64,000 nucleotides of DNA from the NCBI GenBank assembly GCA_963749495.1, contig CAVVMW010000004.1, forward strand, positions 640,001-704,000, in the 5' to 3' direction. The notes under the pieces were generated by a model. The model ran no database searches, was not told where the DNA came from, and saw only the letters and a program-made list of their open reading frames with translations. A program made the translations under genes and the position numbers. Shown here one piece after another: positions 31,629 through 44,060 of the stretch. Source of the DNA: an uncultured bacterium. Lineage in GTDB: Bacteria; Verrucomicrobiota; Verrucomicrobiia; Limisphaerales; UBA8199. Position 1 is the stretch's first letter, and every line of letters begins with the position of its first letter.

Positions 31629-31785
31629 GACTCTAACAATGCACGAGCCCCCCGCTTCGTCAAATGGACCGGCCGCGAAGCTCCCTCCAAGGCGATCGCC
31701 ATCAGGATCACCTGAGCCGAGCCCGTCCCTTTAGTCGCTTTTGTCCCTTCAGTCCCTTTTGTCCCTTCTGCAACGCTCCCGCGCT

Positions 31786-33504
31786 CTAACGCGCCGCGCT
31801 GTCGCCTTTGAGCTTGAGCCTCGGATCGGACAGATCCAGCCGGTAGAGGATCTGGTTGTATTCGTAATAGGGCGTCGTGTGGGGGTTGCCGGAGAAGGTA
31901 TTGACGTAAGACCCCTCCAGGTAGATCAGCCGGCCTCCTTCCCGGTCAAAAAACGGGTGCTGAGTGGGGTTGTAGAAATCGTGGGCGTCTCCGGGTTTGT
32001 TGGCGTGGGTGATGATCTTCCGCGCCTGGATCCACGGTCCTTCGGGGCGAGCGGCCTCGCTGTACCAAACCTCGCCCAGCATGGTTGCGCCCATGGCCTC
32101 GGAGCCAATCATGATGTAGCGCTTCCGGTATTGGTTCCAAAAGCAAGAGCAGTTGCCCAGGAGAATGGCCTTGCCGCTCCCGGCGTCCTGGAGCCGGAAC
32201 GGCGATTCCTGGGGCGTCATCCGGCCTGCCGCCGTCAACTCCTGCTGCTCCTTGGGAGTCAGTGGCGGCGTATCCTTCTTCCATGCCCACACCAGCTTGC
32301 CGGCGCCGTCCCGGTCCAGTTGCGCCTGCTTGCCGCTGCCGTAGCGCGTGCCCGGCTTGAGGCACGTGTAGCCCTCGTAGCTGGCCAGGTCCAGGTATGA
32401 CCTCCAGTCCGCCTTTACCCGCAACGCCGGGTACGGCGCCGTGAAATACACACACCGTAGCCCCCCTTCCTCCACCTCGAACGGATAGCCCAACGGCGTC
32501 ATCGGCGGATTGAGCGCGACCGCCTTGAGCTTCTCGAACTGCTCCTTGTCCTGGTTGTAGGCGACAAATCCATTGTCGAGCACCTCGCCCAGCCCGCGCC
32601 GGCGCTGGTAATAGGCCAGCATCCGTTCCCGGCCCATCTCGTCCGGCAGGACCACCAGGCCGAAGAGCCAGACCACTCCCTCTCCCCCCATCGGCGCCAT
32701 CTTCCGGGCAAACCCATCCGGCCCCGTGAAGTACTTCAGGTCAAAACCGGCCGCCGGGTCGATCTGGTCCGGCAACGCGGTCGTGGCGCCGGCCATGGCG
32801 AAATTGCCCAGGGCGTAGGAAGCCCTCGAGGTGTCGCCGTAAAACCAATAGAGTTTGCCCCCGTAAATGGCGTTGAGAATGCCGTCCTGGCCGGTCACCT
32901 CCGCGTTGAGCAGCGGCTGGGCAATCGGCGGCTGGCGCCCCAGCAGCACGGTATCACGGTAAATCCCCTGGCCCGTAATGCGATAGAGCCGCTCCGCAAT
33001 GTTGAGCCGCTTGATCTTGACCCGCGCGATCTCCCCGGGCCTTGTCTGGAGCACCACGCCCCTGAGCCCGAAACCATCCGCGGCAAATTCGTAACCGTGG
33101 CTGGAGACGCCAAACCAGACCTTCCGGTCCATCAGCCCAGGCTCGAAGAATGCCGCCAGGCCGCTCGAGTCCGTGTAATAACAGGCGCCGCTGGTCGTCT
33201 TGAGTTCCACCATCGGCACCCCGCGCCCGGTCTGCTCGTCCACCACCTCGATCCCGAAGTAGCCGCCGGGGCTGGGAACAGAAGCCGCCGCCCCGCCGGC
33301 CGCCGCACCCAAGCCCAGCGCCAACGTGGCGATCACCCAGGCTCCCAGGCGCGCGCGCAGGGTGTGGAGGGCCGAGGGGCGAGGGGTCCGGGGCCGGGAG
33401 TCGGAGGCCAGGGTCCGATCTGCGCGCTCGCGTAAAAGCCGGCTTGGAAATCCGCAATAGCGTCTCATCCTCGGCAGGATGGACAGACCTGCTCGCCGGT
33501 GCAA
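31786..33504 (-). CDS. Hypothetical secreted protein (start uncertain, probably downstream of the ORF start)
   Basis: Long ORF with typical codon bias; hydrophobic signal-like segment; VVDEQTGRGVP and RLYRITG.GIYRD. Confidence 0.7.
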   Translation of the reverse strand: MHRRAGLSILPRMRRYCGFPSRLLRERADRTLASDSRPRTPRPSALHTLRARLGAWVIATLALGLGAAAGGAAASVPSPGGYFGIEVVDEQTGRGVPMVELKTTSGACYYTDSSGLAAFFEPGLMDRKVWFGVSSHGYEFAADGFGLRGVVLQTRPGEIARVKIKRLNIAERLYRITGQGIYRDTVLLGRQPPIAQPLLNAEVTGQDGILNAIYGGKLYWFYGDTSRASYALGNFAMAGATTALPDQIDPAAGFDLKYFTGPDGFARKMAPMGGEGVVWLFGLVVLPDEMGRERMLAYYQRRRGLGEVLDNGFVAYNQDKEQFEKLKAVALNPPMTPLGYPFEVEEGGLRCVYFTAPYPALRVKADWRSYLDLASYEGYTCLKPGTRYGSGKQAQLDRDGAGKLVWAWKKDTPPLTPKEQQELTAAGRMTPQESPFRLQDAGSGKAILLGNCSCFWNQYRKRYIMIGSEAMGATMLGEVWYSEAARPEGPWIQARKIITHANKPGDAHDFYNPTQHPFFDREGGRLIYLEGSYVNTFSGNPHTTPYYEYNQILYRLDLSDPRLKLKGDSAAR

Positions 33505-33554
33505 GCACCGCCGCGAGCGCCGGGAAATCGAGGCAACGAAGGTAACTCTGCCTC

Positions 33555-34100
33555 GCGGCCCAACGGGCCGCCAGAACCTAGCCCAGGGCTGAGGCCGTCA
33601 GGCCGATGCCCTGGGTTTCGCCCCAAGCCCGGGCCCCGCGCCCTGCAAAGGGCGCTAGAGCCCCTCTAAAGCGAACCACGCAACATTGGCACGACCTTTG
33701 TCGCCGCCTTTGTCGGGACCTTTGTCGAGAATTGCGGCCTTCGACAAGGGTCCCGACAAAGGCTGCGACGAAGGTCCAGAATCCACATGGGTGTGCCAAT
33801 GTTGGTTGCTCCGGCTTAGCGCCCTCCCCAGGAACCGACACCAAGTCCGAAGGTTTTGGACTGCGGCAGTCCTCTGCCGCTTTCGCGCCGGCAGCGAGGG
33901 GACACAAAAGCGGCAGAGGACTGCCGCAGTCCAAAACGCTTCGCGGGACGGGAACGCGGTGTCGAGGTTCAGGGGCGCAAAGCGCGAATTCGTTCCGGGA
34001 ATTCTTTCAGGGCGCGCCTGATCTTCCGGGGGCATGTTCCCAGGGCATCGGCCTGGGGGCCTCAGCCCTGGGCTAGGCTCTGCCGGCCCGTCGGGCCGGA
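33555..34100. repeat. Nested palindromic repeat cluster (includes inverted copy B of the 24650 element and 12-bp arrays)
   Basis: Outer arms CTAGCCCAGGGCTGAGGCC…GCCGATGCCCTGGG / CCCAGGGCATCGGC…GGCCTCAGCCCTGGGCTAG; inner CCTTTGTCG/CGACAAAGG arrays; 30-bp stem. Confidence 0.85.
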
Positions 34101-34103
34101 GAT

Positions 34104-36264
<2,161 letters not shown>

Positions 36265-36298
36265 TGAAACTGAAATCAGGTGTTTGCAGATCGGCAGC

Positions 36299-36670
36299 TT
36301 AAGCCAGGGCCAACCCATGCGGAATGAAAAGCCGAAAATCGACCGCATTGGCGGTGGCTAGCTTCGCCCCGCAACGAACAGCCACGGCGGCAATCATGCA
36401 ATCAGCGAGGGACCGGGAGCGTCTTCCGGTCTGGTTGGACAATTGGGCCGCCAATTCGGCATCGGCGCCGGAAAGGGCTTCGATCTGTGGAAACAACTGC
36501 CTGGCAAGAGCTTCATCAGAATTGGAGAGCGGGCCAGAGAAGAACTCCGCCCACGCCGCCGCGGATATCCCCAAAGGCTCACCCACCTGCAGCCAAGCCC
36601 TGAAGCTGGCCTGCTCCGGCGATCCGCCGCGGAAGGCAGTAATGAGGAAGCTGGTATCGAGATGAATCAC
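36299..36670 (-). CDS. vapC: PIN domain toxin
   Basis: LDTSFLI, WAEF, DCMIAA.A and T.N..DF acidic residues. Confidence 0.88.
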   Translation of the reverse strand: MIHLDTSFLITAFRGGSPEQASFRAWLQVGEPLGISAAAWAEFFSGPLSNSDEALARQLFPQIEALSGADAELAAQLSNQTGRRSRSLADCMIAAVAVRCGAKLATANAVDFRLFIPHGLALA

Positions 36671-36677
36671 GGCTCGA

Positions 36678-36914
36678 TCACCTTCGCCCCTCGCGGATCA
36701 TGTCCATCCACGCTGACGCTTTGGCCTCGTCGAGATTAAGGCTCTTCTGGAGCGCCTTGAAGGCCTCGAGCCGAGTCATTTGCGGGGGAGCCTCGGCGGC
36801 CTGGGCAGGTTCCAGAACCGTCAACAACCCCCTTCCTTTCTCCGGCAACCGCTCTGGCTCCGCAGGTACGATCCGGCCATGGTCGATTTGGACTTCCAAG
36901 GTTAAGTAGCTCAT
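36678..36914 (-). CDS. Putative antitoxin
   Basis: 78-aa ORF directly upstream of vapC; beta-rich N-terminus (EVQIDHGRIVP). Confidence 0.7.
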   Translation of the reverse strand: MSYLTLEVQIDHGRIVPAEPERLPEKGRGLLTVLEPAQAAEAPPQMTRLEAFKALQKSLNLDEAKASAWMDMIREGRR

Positions 36915-37059
36915 AACTTGATCGTACAATACGGGCTTATCGATCCTCTGGCGATTCAAATCCCTGTTGGCACTGTTTACCTGGGCGCCTCTGGATCTTT
37001 AGCACCCACGTACTGAACCAGACTCGGCCTCGATGCCAGCCATGAGCAACGTCGTGCTC

Positions 37060-38888
37060 TCATTCCTCCACCGGCACGACCAGGTTGCCCATGATGTAGT
37101 CCTTCCGCTCGGGGGTGTTCTTGCCCATGTAAAAGCCCAGGATGCCCGCGGCCTCGGGTTTGGGGGCGTATTCGACCTGGCTGAGGCGCATCTCCTTGCC
37201 GATAAACTGCTTGAACTCCGGGGGCGAATCTCGCCCAGGCCTTTGAACCGGGTGATCTCGCAGGCCTTGCCCAGCTTCGCCGCGGCCTGGTCGCGCTCCG
37301 CCTCCGAATAGCAGTAGAGGGTCTGCTCCTTGTTCCGGGCGCGGAACAGCGGCGTCTCCAGCACGAACAGGTGCCCCTCGCGCACGAGCTGGTCGAAAAA
37401 CCGGAAGAAGTAGGTGATCAGCAAATTGCGGATGTGCAGGCCGTCCACGTCGGCGTCGGTGGCCAGGACGACCTTGTCATAGCGGAGGCCATCGAGGTTG
37501 TCCTCGATGTCCAGGCTGCGCATGAGGTTGTACATCTCGTCGTTTTTATAGACGATGTCGCGCTTGAGGTCCCAGACGTTGAGGGGCTTGCCTTTGAGGA
37601 CGAAGATGGCCTGCGTGTTCACGTCGCGGCAGCTCACGATCGAGCCTGCGGCCGACTGCCCCTCGGTGAGGAAGATCATCGAGCCGGCGCCTTTGCCCCT
37701 GGCCTTGTCGTAATGGAGCTTGCAGTCCTTGAGCTGGGGGATGCGGATGGTGATGGCCTTGGCCCGCTCGCGCGCCAGCTTCTTGACCTCCTGCAGTTCC
37801 TTGCGCAACTGCCGGGTGTCCTGGACCTTGCCGACGATCTTCTCGGCGATCTCCTTGTTCCGGTGGAAGAACTGGAGCAACTCCTCGCGCACCCGGTTGA
37901 CCAGGTCCGTGCGAATCTCGGTGTTGCCGAGCTTGTTTTTGGTCTGGGACTCGAAGACCGGGTCCTTGAGCCGGATCGCCACCGCGCCGATCATGCTCTC
38001 GCGCACGTCGTCGCCCTCGAACTTCTCGCGGGCGTGCTCGTTGACCGCCTTGAGCAGGCCCTCGCGGAAGGCGCTCAGGTGCGTGCCGCCGTCGGCCGTG
38101 TACTGGCCGTTGACGAACGAGTAAAAGGTCTCGCCGTAGCGGCTGTTGCAGTGCGTGAAACAGAACTCGAGCGTCCGTTCCGAATAGTGCAGCGGCGGAT
38201 AAATCGGCTCGCTCCCGTCGGCCCGCAGGTCCTCGGTGACCAGGTCCAGCAGCCCGTTGCGCGACTGGAAGACCTGGCCGTTGTAGATCAGCCTCAGGCC
38301 CGTATTGAGGAAGCTGTAATGCCGCAGCCGCCGCTCCACGTGCTCGGGCTGGAACTGGACCTGCTGGAAAATCTCCGGGTCCGGCTCGAACCGGATCAAC
38401 GTCCCGTCCGCCTCCGAGGTCTTGCCCCGCTTCTGGCCCTTGAGCTTGCCCTGCTTGAACCAGGCCTCGACAAACTCCCCCTCCCGAAAACTGCGCACCA
38501 GGAATTCCTTGGAGAGCGCATTGACCGCCTTGGTGCCCACGCCGTTGAGACCCACGCTGAACTGGAAGACGTCGTCGTTGTACTTCGCGCCCGTGTTGAT
38601 CTGCGACACGCAGTCCACCACCTTCCCCAGCGGGATGCCCCGCCCGAAATCCCGCACCGTCACCGCCTTGTCCTGGATGGACACCTGCACCTCCTTGCCC
38701 GCTCCCATGATGAACTCGTCGATGGCGTTGTCGATCACCTCCTTGAGCAGGATGTAACAGCCGTCCTCGTAATGCGAGCCGTCGCCGATCCGGCCGATGT
38801 ACATGCCCGTGCGCAGCCGGATGTGCTCCAGCGACGAGAGCGTCTTGATCTTGCTCTCGTCATAGACGTGTTTGATGTTCTCTGCCAT
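37060..38888 (-). CDS. parE: DNA topoisomerase IV subunit B (frameshift ~37226, likely an error)
   Basis: EHIRLRTGMYIG, DNAIDE, GLNGVG, TEGQSA, DADVDG and RFKGLGE motifs; the shifted frame ends MGKNTPERKDYIMGNL. Confidence 0.9.
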
Positions 38889-38991
38889 AGTCGCCGCATC
38901 TCAGTATCTGCGCTCTCCCACCGGTTGCCAATAGAAATACGCCGATAGACTGGACATTAGTATAATATCCACTCCCCTGTCCAGCATTTTA

Positions 38992-39150
38992 ATGCGGAGT
39001 GCGGAATGCGGAGTGCGGAGTGCGGAATGCGCACTCCCACCCCCGTCTTCCGTCTGCTGCCCTCCCTCCTCCGCATTCGTCATTCGTCATTCGTCATTCG
39101 TCATTCCCCACTCCGTCCTCCGACCTCCGGCCTCCGACCTCCGGCCTCCG
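38992..39150. repeat. Cluster of three different heptamer arrays
   Basis: (TGCGGAG/A)n, (CATTCGT)n and (CCTCCGA/G)n. Confidence 0.85.
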
Positions 39151-39670
39151 CGCGCGCCTTGACCCGGTTGAGCAACTCCCGGTAGGGCTCTTTCCTGGCG
39201 TGGGAGAGCTTGTGCTCGGTTTCGAAAGTGGCGTCGCCGTGGTCCGAGACGCGGAAGACGTCGCACGTGACCAGTTCCTGGCCCTGGCCCAAGGCGGCAA
39301 CGCGGACCTTGACGCGCAACCACACTTTGTTGGCGTGCCAATCACCATAGAGCACCGTTGCCATTGCGCCGCCCGGCTTCTCGAAGATGAGGCACAGATC
39401 CGTGTCCTTGTTGGCGGGCGTCGGCACCGGCTTGTAGCCGGCCTGCTGAAAGACTTCGGAGACGGCGCGCGCCGTCTCGAGCGGCGTTGGTCCGCTCACG
39501 ACCGCCACCGCCACGCTGTCGTGGCCGGGGACCTTGGGAGTGTGGCACCCGCCGCACAGCCAGGCGCAGACACACACGCACGCAAAACCCGCCAGTCTGC
39601 CGCTCACCGCAGGCAATCCCCGGGAACTCCGTCCCTTCAATCGCTTCATCATATACTGGCTCCATTTCAC
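39101..39670 (-). CDS. Hypothetical lipoprotein
   Basis: Lipobox-like LCGGC; the C-terminus runs into the heptamer array. Confidence 0.65.
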   Translation of the reverse strand: MKWSQYMMKRLKGRSSRGLPAVSGRLAGFACVCVCAWLCGGCHTPKVPGHDSVAVAVVSGPTPLETARAVSEVFQQAGYKPVPTPANKDTDLCLIFEKPGGAMATVLYGDWHANKVWLRVKVRVAALGQGQELVTCDVFRVSDHGDATFETEHKLSHARKEPYRELLNRVKARAEAGGRRPEVGGRSGE

Positions 39671-42021
39671 CGAGAAGGCGCAGAACTTGTTATGGTCTTC
39701 GCCGCCCGGAGCGCCCGGTCTCGAAGATCGGCGTTCGCCACGGTGGCGGCGATTTTCTCGAGGGCGGCCTTGAGCGCACCGGCATCCGACCCGGTCGCCA
39801 GGGCCGGAGCGATTTGGACCACGCCCGCCGCCGCCTCAGTCCGGAGGTTGGGGTCATCCAGATAGGGCGCCAGGAGCCGGAAGCTCTCAACGGTTCTCAA
39901 GCGGCCCAGAACGCCGAGTATCCGCCGTTTCTCTCCGATGGACTGCGCCACGGGATTCGCGCGCTGCACCCAGCGCGCAATCGTCGCCTCCGGGGTTTGC
40001 CCCTCGTCGGCAGCGGTTGCGGCCAGGTCGATGACCGACCCCAGGGCGCGCTTCCGAAGGGCAGGGCTCGAGGCGGCGTCCATCGCCCGGAGCAGGGTTT
40101 CCATGGGCGCCGGGTCGGGCCAGCGGCCCAGTTGCGAGAGCGCATTGTCCGCTACCGTTTCGTCCGGGTCGCCGGCGGCGGCTTCGATCGCGGGCAGGGC
40201 CTTGGCGTAAGCAACGCTAGCCAGCACGCGGATCCAGCAGTTCCTCTCAGCGGGTTTGGCGGCCTGTTTCAATTCAGCCAGCACCGTTTCGGCCGCCGGA
40301 GTCTGTCCGCCGGACCTGCTGCACGCGCCTGCCAGGGCGTTTTCAGCCGCATCCCTGACTGCTTCGTCCCGGCACGACTTGATCAGAGCAATCAGGCCGG
40401 CCAACTCATCGGCGCCGGCCACGGATTGGAGCGCAGAGAGAGCCGCGAGACTCACCTCCCTGTCCGGCCCGGCCGCGTATTTGAGGATTTCTCCGCTCGC
40501 TTTGACCGTGCCCCGGCTGCCCAGGAGGCGGATAAGGTCAATGCGGGTCCCGGGTTTGTCGGCGGCGCTCAGGGCTTGCAGGAGGAGGTCGTCCGCGGCC
40601 GCTCCCTTGAGGGCTCTCAGCCCGTTCAGCACCACGGATTTATCCTCGGCAGTCTGGTCTTTGCGCAGCGCGGCGAGCAGCGCCGGGGCGGCGTCGGGGC
40701 CGATTCGCCCCAAAACCACGAGAGCGGTCCTGCGAATCTCGGGATTTGCGCCATCGGCCAGGGCCTCGATGGCCGGGATCGACTGGGGATTATGACAATC
40801 GGCAAGCGCCAGGAGCAGTTGTCCCTGGAGCTCCGGCGTGGCGCGCGTCAGCTCCGCGTTCAACGCGCCGGCGAGCGCGTCGTCCGGGATTTCGCGGATA
40901 GCGAGCAGCGCGGCATTGCGAATGGCGAGTTCTTCGGAGCGCAATTGCTCGACCAGAAACGGCACACGGCCGGCTTTCCGGGCGAGGATAGCGCCGCGGG
41001 TGGCTCCCACGCGGCAGGCCATTGGGACCTTGCCATGCCGGACCAGGTCGTATAGCGCGCGGGCTTCGTCCAGGTCTCCCTCGGTCCTTTGTCTATCGGC
41101 CGCCAGCAGGCACGCCGCTGCCGCCTCGGCTCGAGTCGCATCCGGTCCGCTCGCCAGTGCCTGCTCGAGGATTCGGATCGAGCGAGGCGATGAGATGTTC
41201 CCAAGCGCCAGGAGCGCCTCCTTCACAGCGCCCGAAGCGGGGTCGGCGGCCAATTTGCCCAGCAGCTCAACCGCTTGGCCGTCGCGCAGCGTCCCGAGCG
41301 AATTGACGACGCCGATCAGCAGCGGACCGTTGAGCCTGGGGGCGGCTTCCCTGAGCGCGGCAGCCGCGCTGGGGTCGGGAATGCCCTCCAGCCCCGAGCG
41401 CGCATAAGCGCCGAGCGCCGGGGACGTGAGCAAGGCGGCCAAGGCGGGAACGGCGTCACGGGTGCCGATTTCGCCCAGTTGCTGGCAGGCACGGGCCTTC
41501 TCGAAGAGAGAGGCCTCGGATTGCAGGACAGCAATCAGCTTTCCAGTCCTTTGCGCCGGATCTGAATCGGCAGCCTGGGCGGTGGAGGCGAAGAGGAGGG
41601 CGGCCAGAGCTGTGAGGAGGACCCTGGGCATGCGGGGAATCCCAACGGGATTCCATCTCTCAGCCCAGGGTTGCGCGGCACGCGCTACCCTGGGTAGCAG
41701 CACCGCACGACCTCCAACCCTGAAAGGGTTGCAGCAAGCCGCGGGGCCAGCGGGCTGCAACCCTTTCAGGGTTGAGGTTAATCCTCGCCGCTCACCCAGG
41801 GTAGCGCGTGCCGCGCAACCCTGGGCTGAGTGATGGCATCCTTTCAGGATGCTCCAGTGGCGGCTTAGCGGGGTCATCACGTTGCCTCCCCGGAGAGCGG
41901 CAGAGGATGGGGGCAAAGACAAGCCTTGAAACGCCGGGCTATTGCCATGTGTCCCTCCGGGACAGAGATCCACCGCGGCAACTCCATTTGTGGGGAGATC
42001 CAAGGCTGTCGAGGTAATCAT
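39667..42021 (-). CDS. Secreted HEAT-repeat protein (start at 42021 or 41631)
   Basis: KARACQQL..IG...AVP.LA and other HEAT-like repeats; the 5' frame stays open through ~390 bp of REP-type DNA. Confidence 0.75.
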   Translation of the reverse strand: MITSTALDLPTNGVAAVDLCPGGTHGNSPAFQGLSLPPSSAALRGGNVMTPLSRHWSILKGCHHSAQGCAARATLGERRGLTSTLKGLQPAGPAACCNPFRVGGRAVLLPRVARAAQPWAERWNPVGIPRMPRVLLTALAALLFASTAQAADSDPAQRTGKLIAVLQSEASLFEKARACQQLGEIGTRDAVPALAALLTSPALGAYARSGLEGIPDPSAAAALREAAPRLNGPLLIGVVNSLGTLRDGQAVELLGKLAADPASGAVKEALLALGNISSPRSIRILEQALASGPDATRAEAAAACLLAADRQRTEGDLDEARALYDLVRHGKVPMACRVGATRGAILARKAGRVPFLVEQLRSEELAIRNAALLAIREIPDDALAGALNAELTRATPELQGQLLLALADCHNPQSIPAIEALADGANPEIRRTALVVLGRIGPDAAPALLAALRKDQTAEDKSVVLNGLRALKGAAADDLLLQALSAADKPGTRIDLIRLLGSRGTVKASGEILKYAAGPDREVSLAALSALQSVAGADELAGLIALIKSCRDEAVRDAAENALAGACSRSGGQTPAAETVLAELKQAAKPAERNCWIRVLASVAYAKALPAIEAAAGDPDETVADNALSQLGRWPDPAPMETLLRAMDAASSPALRKRALGSVIDLAATAADEGQTPEATIARWVQRANPVAQSIGEKRRILGVLGRLRTVESFRLLAPYLDDPNLRTEAAAGVVQIAPALATGSDAGALKAALEKIAATVANADLRDRALRAAKTITSSAPSR
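41635..41853. repeat. Long near-perfect palindrome (REPIN-like)
   Basis: CTCAGCCCAGGGTTGCGCGGCACGCGCTACCCTGGGT…AACCCTGAAAGGGTTGCAGC / GCTGCAACCCTTTCAGGGTT…ACCCAGGGTAGCGCGTGCCGCGCAACCCTGGGCTGAG. Confidence 0.88.
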
Positions 42022-42061
42022 ATTCTATTTCTATTCTCACTGGTTTGGGTTTTCGTCGCAC

Positions 42062-43375
42062 TCATACCGTGAAGCTCCACGGCTCCCGCGTGGCCCGGCG
42101 GCGCACCCGGTTTGCCTCGTCGTCGTCCACGAACTGCTCCTTCGCGGGATCGAGCTTGAGCTTGCGCCCGAGTTGCCACGAGAGCTGGGCCGCGAAGCAG
42201 GCGATGTGCGAGTGGCGCATGATGTCCTGGTTGCAGACGGGCATCGCCCTGGATTTCACGCAATCGAAGAAATTCCGCCCGTGCCCGGCGGAACTGAGTC
42301 CGGTGCCCGCGAACTCGCGGCGCAGAGATTTCGCCAAGTTGGGCGAGAGCGCGATTTCCCCGTTATCACCGGTTTCGACCCAGCCTTCGTCGCCCTCGAA
42401 GCGGACCGGGCAGGTGCCCGTGGAGGTTCTATACTGGGGAGACCGGTCACCGAAGGCCGTAGGGAGGAAGTCGCAGACCAACTTCACGCCATTGGCGTAG
42501 CGCGCGATGATGGAGGTGGGCGTGGCTTCGTACTCGAGGGGCATGGTGTGGTCGGCCTGGTTGGCCCACTGGCAGAGGTCCACGGTGTGGGCGCCCCAGT
42601 CGGGGAAATTGCCGGCGGCCTCGAAATCGTGGTGTCCCCGCCAGCCGCCGGCCACATACTGGCGGTTGTAGGGGCGCCGGGGCGCCGGCCCGAGCCAGAG
42701 GTCCCAGTCGCACTCGGTTTGGGGCGGCTCCGGCTCGCCCGGCAGCCAGTTGTAATTCTTCTGTGGCACGTACACCGAGGCATGGAGCGTGTGCAGCCGC
42801 CCCAGCTTGCCACTGTGGGCCAGGTGAATGGCGTATTGAAAATTGTTGACGCTCCGGCGTTGGGTTCCCGCCTGGTAAACCCGGCCGTAACGATGGATCC
42901 CGTCGGCCAGCGCCTGGATTTCGCCGATGGTCAGGCCGCAGGGTTTCTCGCTATAGACATCCTTCCCCGCCCTGGCCGCCAGCAGCGAAGCCAGCGCGTG
43001 CCAGTGATCGCCTGTGGCGATCAAAACGGCGTCAATATCCGGCCGGGCGAGCAGTTCCCGGAAGTCCCGGCACACGGCGCAATCCTTGTTCCCATAATGA
43101 GCATCGGCCATCCCCTTGACCTGCTCGCGCCGGCTGCGCTGCACGTCGCAGATGGCGACAAATTGAACGTCCTTCTCGGGCAACATGACGCTGAGGTCAT
43201 ATTGGCCGCGGGGGCCAAGGCCGATGCCGGCAAAGACAATCCGCTCGCTCGGCGCCACGGCGCCGTCGCGCCCCAGCACCCGCGCCGGGACGATGATGGG
43301 AATCGCCAGGCCTGCTCCTGCCAGGGCCGTTCGTTTAAGGAATTCACGCCGGTTCGCGCGCTTGCTCGTTCTCAT
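42062..43375 (-). CDS. Gfo/Idh/MocA family oxidoreductase with Tat signal
   Basis: NRREFL, IGLGPRG, ATGDHWH, SEKP and WDLWLGPAP motifs. Confidence 0.92.
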   Translation of the reverse strand: MRTSKRANRREFLKRTALAGAGLAIPIIVPARVLGRDGAVAPSERIVFAGIGLGPRGQYDLSVMLPEKDVQFVAICDVQRSRREQVKGMADAHYGNKDCAVCRDFRELLARPDIDAVLIATGDHWHALASLLAARAGKDVYSEKPCGLTIGEIQALADGIHRYGRVYQAGTQRRSVNNFQYAIHLAHSGKLGRLHTLHASVYVPQKNYNWLPGEPEPPQTECDWDLWLGPAPRRPYNRQYVAGGWRGHHDFEAAGNFPDWGAHTVDLCQWANQADHTMPLEYEATPTSIIARYANGVKLVCDFLPTAFGDRSPQYRTSTGTCPVRFEGDEGWVETGDNGEIALSPNLAKSLRREFAGTGLSSAGHGRNFFDCVKSRAMPVCNQDIMRHSHIACFAAQLSWQLGRKLKLDPAKEQFVDDDEANRVRRRATREPWSFTV

Positions 43376-44010
43376 GCCAGTGCCTTTCGGATGGTGCGCT
43401 CGCATTATCCGCGCCCGGCCCCCGGAAGCAAGCAAGTTGTCCGCTAAACCCGCTCGCGGGGCGCATCCAGACACCGCCCCCGGAACGCCGCATTTATGCG
43501 GCAGCTGCCTGGAAACTCCAGGAGCCTGCCGGCTGAAAGCCGGCGTTCCGGGAGCCAGTCTGCGGATGCGCTCCCGGTCGCGCCGCCGGCTATTCACGCT
43601 GTGCGGCTGAGCGCGCCCAGGGCTTAATTGGGGTTCATCGGCCAAAGACCGATTCTGAGCGCCGGAAGCGCGACTCATTGGGCTGAGGGATTGTTGTAGC
43701 GGCCCGGTGACGTGCGTTTGAGGAGCCCGCAGCCAAGGACGCCTATGAGGCAGGCCTTTGGCCTGCCACAGAATTAAACTGCGCGGAAACCCAGGGCGTT
43801 GCCCTGGGCTGGTATGAGCCAGGCCTTCGGCCTGAGGGCACCGGATACGATAAGTTCTGGTCAACGAGTGTGGCTGCCGATGTGGGTAAAGACAAACGTT
43901 GAAACGTCGGGCTATTCTCGATTGTCCCTCGGGGACAAGGCTCACTGTGCTGGCTCCGGTTTCGAGGAAATCTAACATTGTCGAGATAGGCAAATGAAAT
44001 GGTTTATTCG

Positions 44011-44050
44011 ATCATACATGCGCTGGCTGGAGGAAGAGAGTATGGACGAA
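44011..44050 (-). promoter_or_regulatory. Candidate ECF-type promoter TTCGTCCATAC-N17-CGCATGTATGAT
   Basis: Both boxes and the 17-nt spacing are identical to those at 57584-57623. Confidence 0.6.
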
Positions 44051-44060
44051 CCGCTCACCG

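Larger units (their letters stand above)
30366..31777. mobile_element. Candidate cassette bounded by 44-bp inverted repeats
   Basis: 30366-30409 matches the reverse complement of 31734-31777 at 42/44 positions; the arms enclose the Uma2 and gpx genes. Confidence 0.55.
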
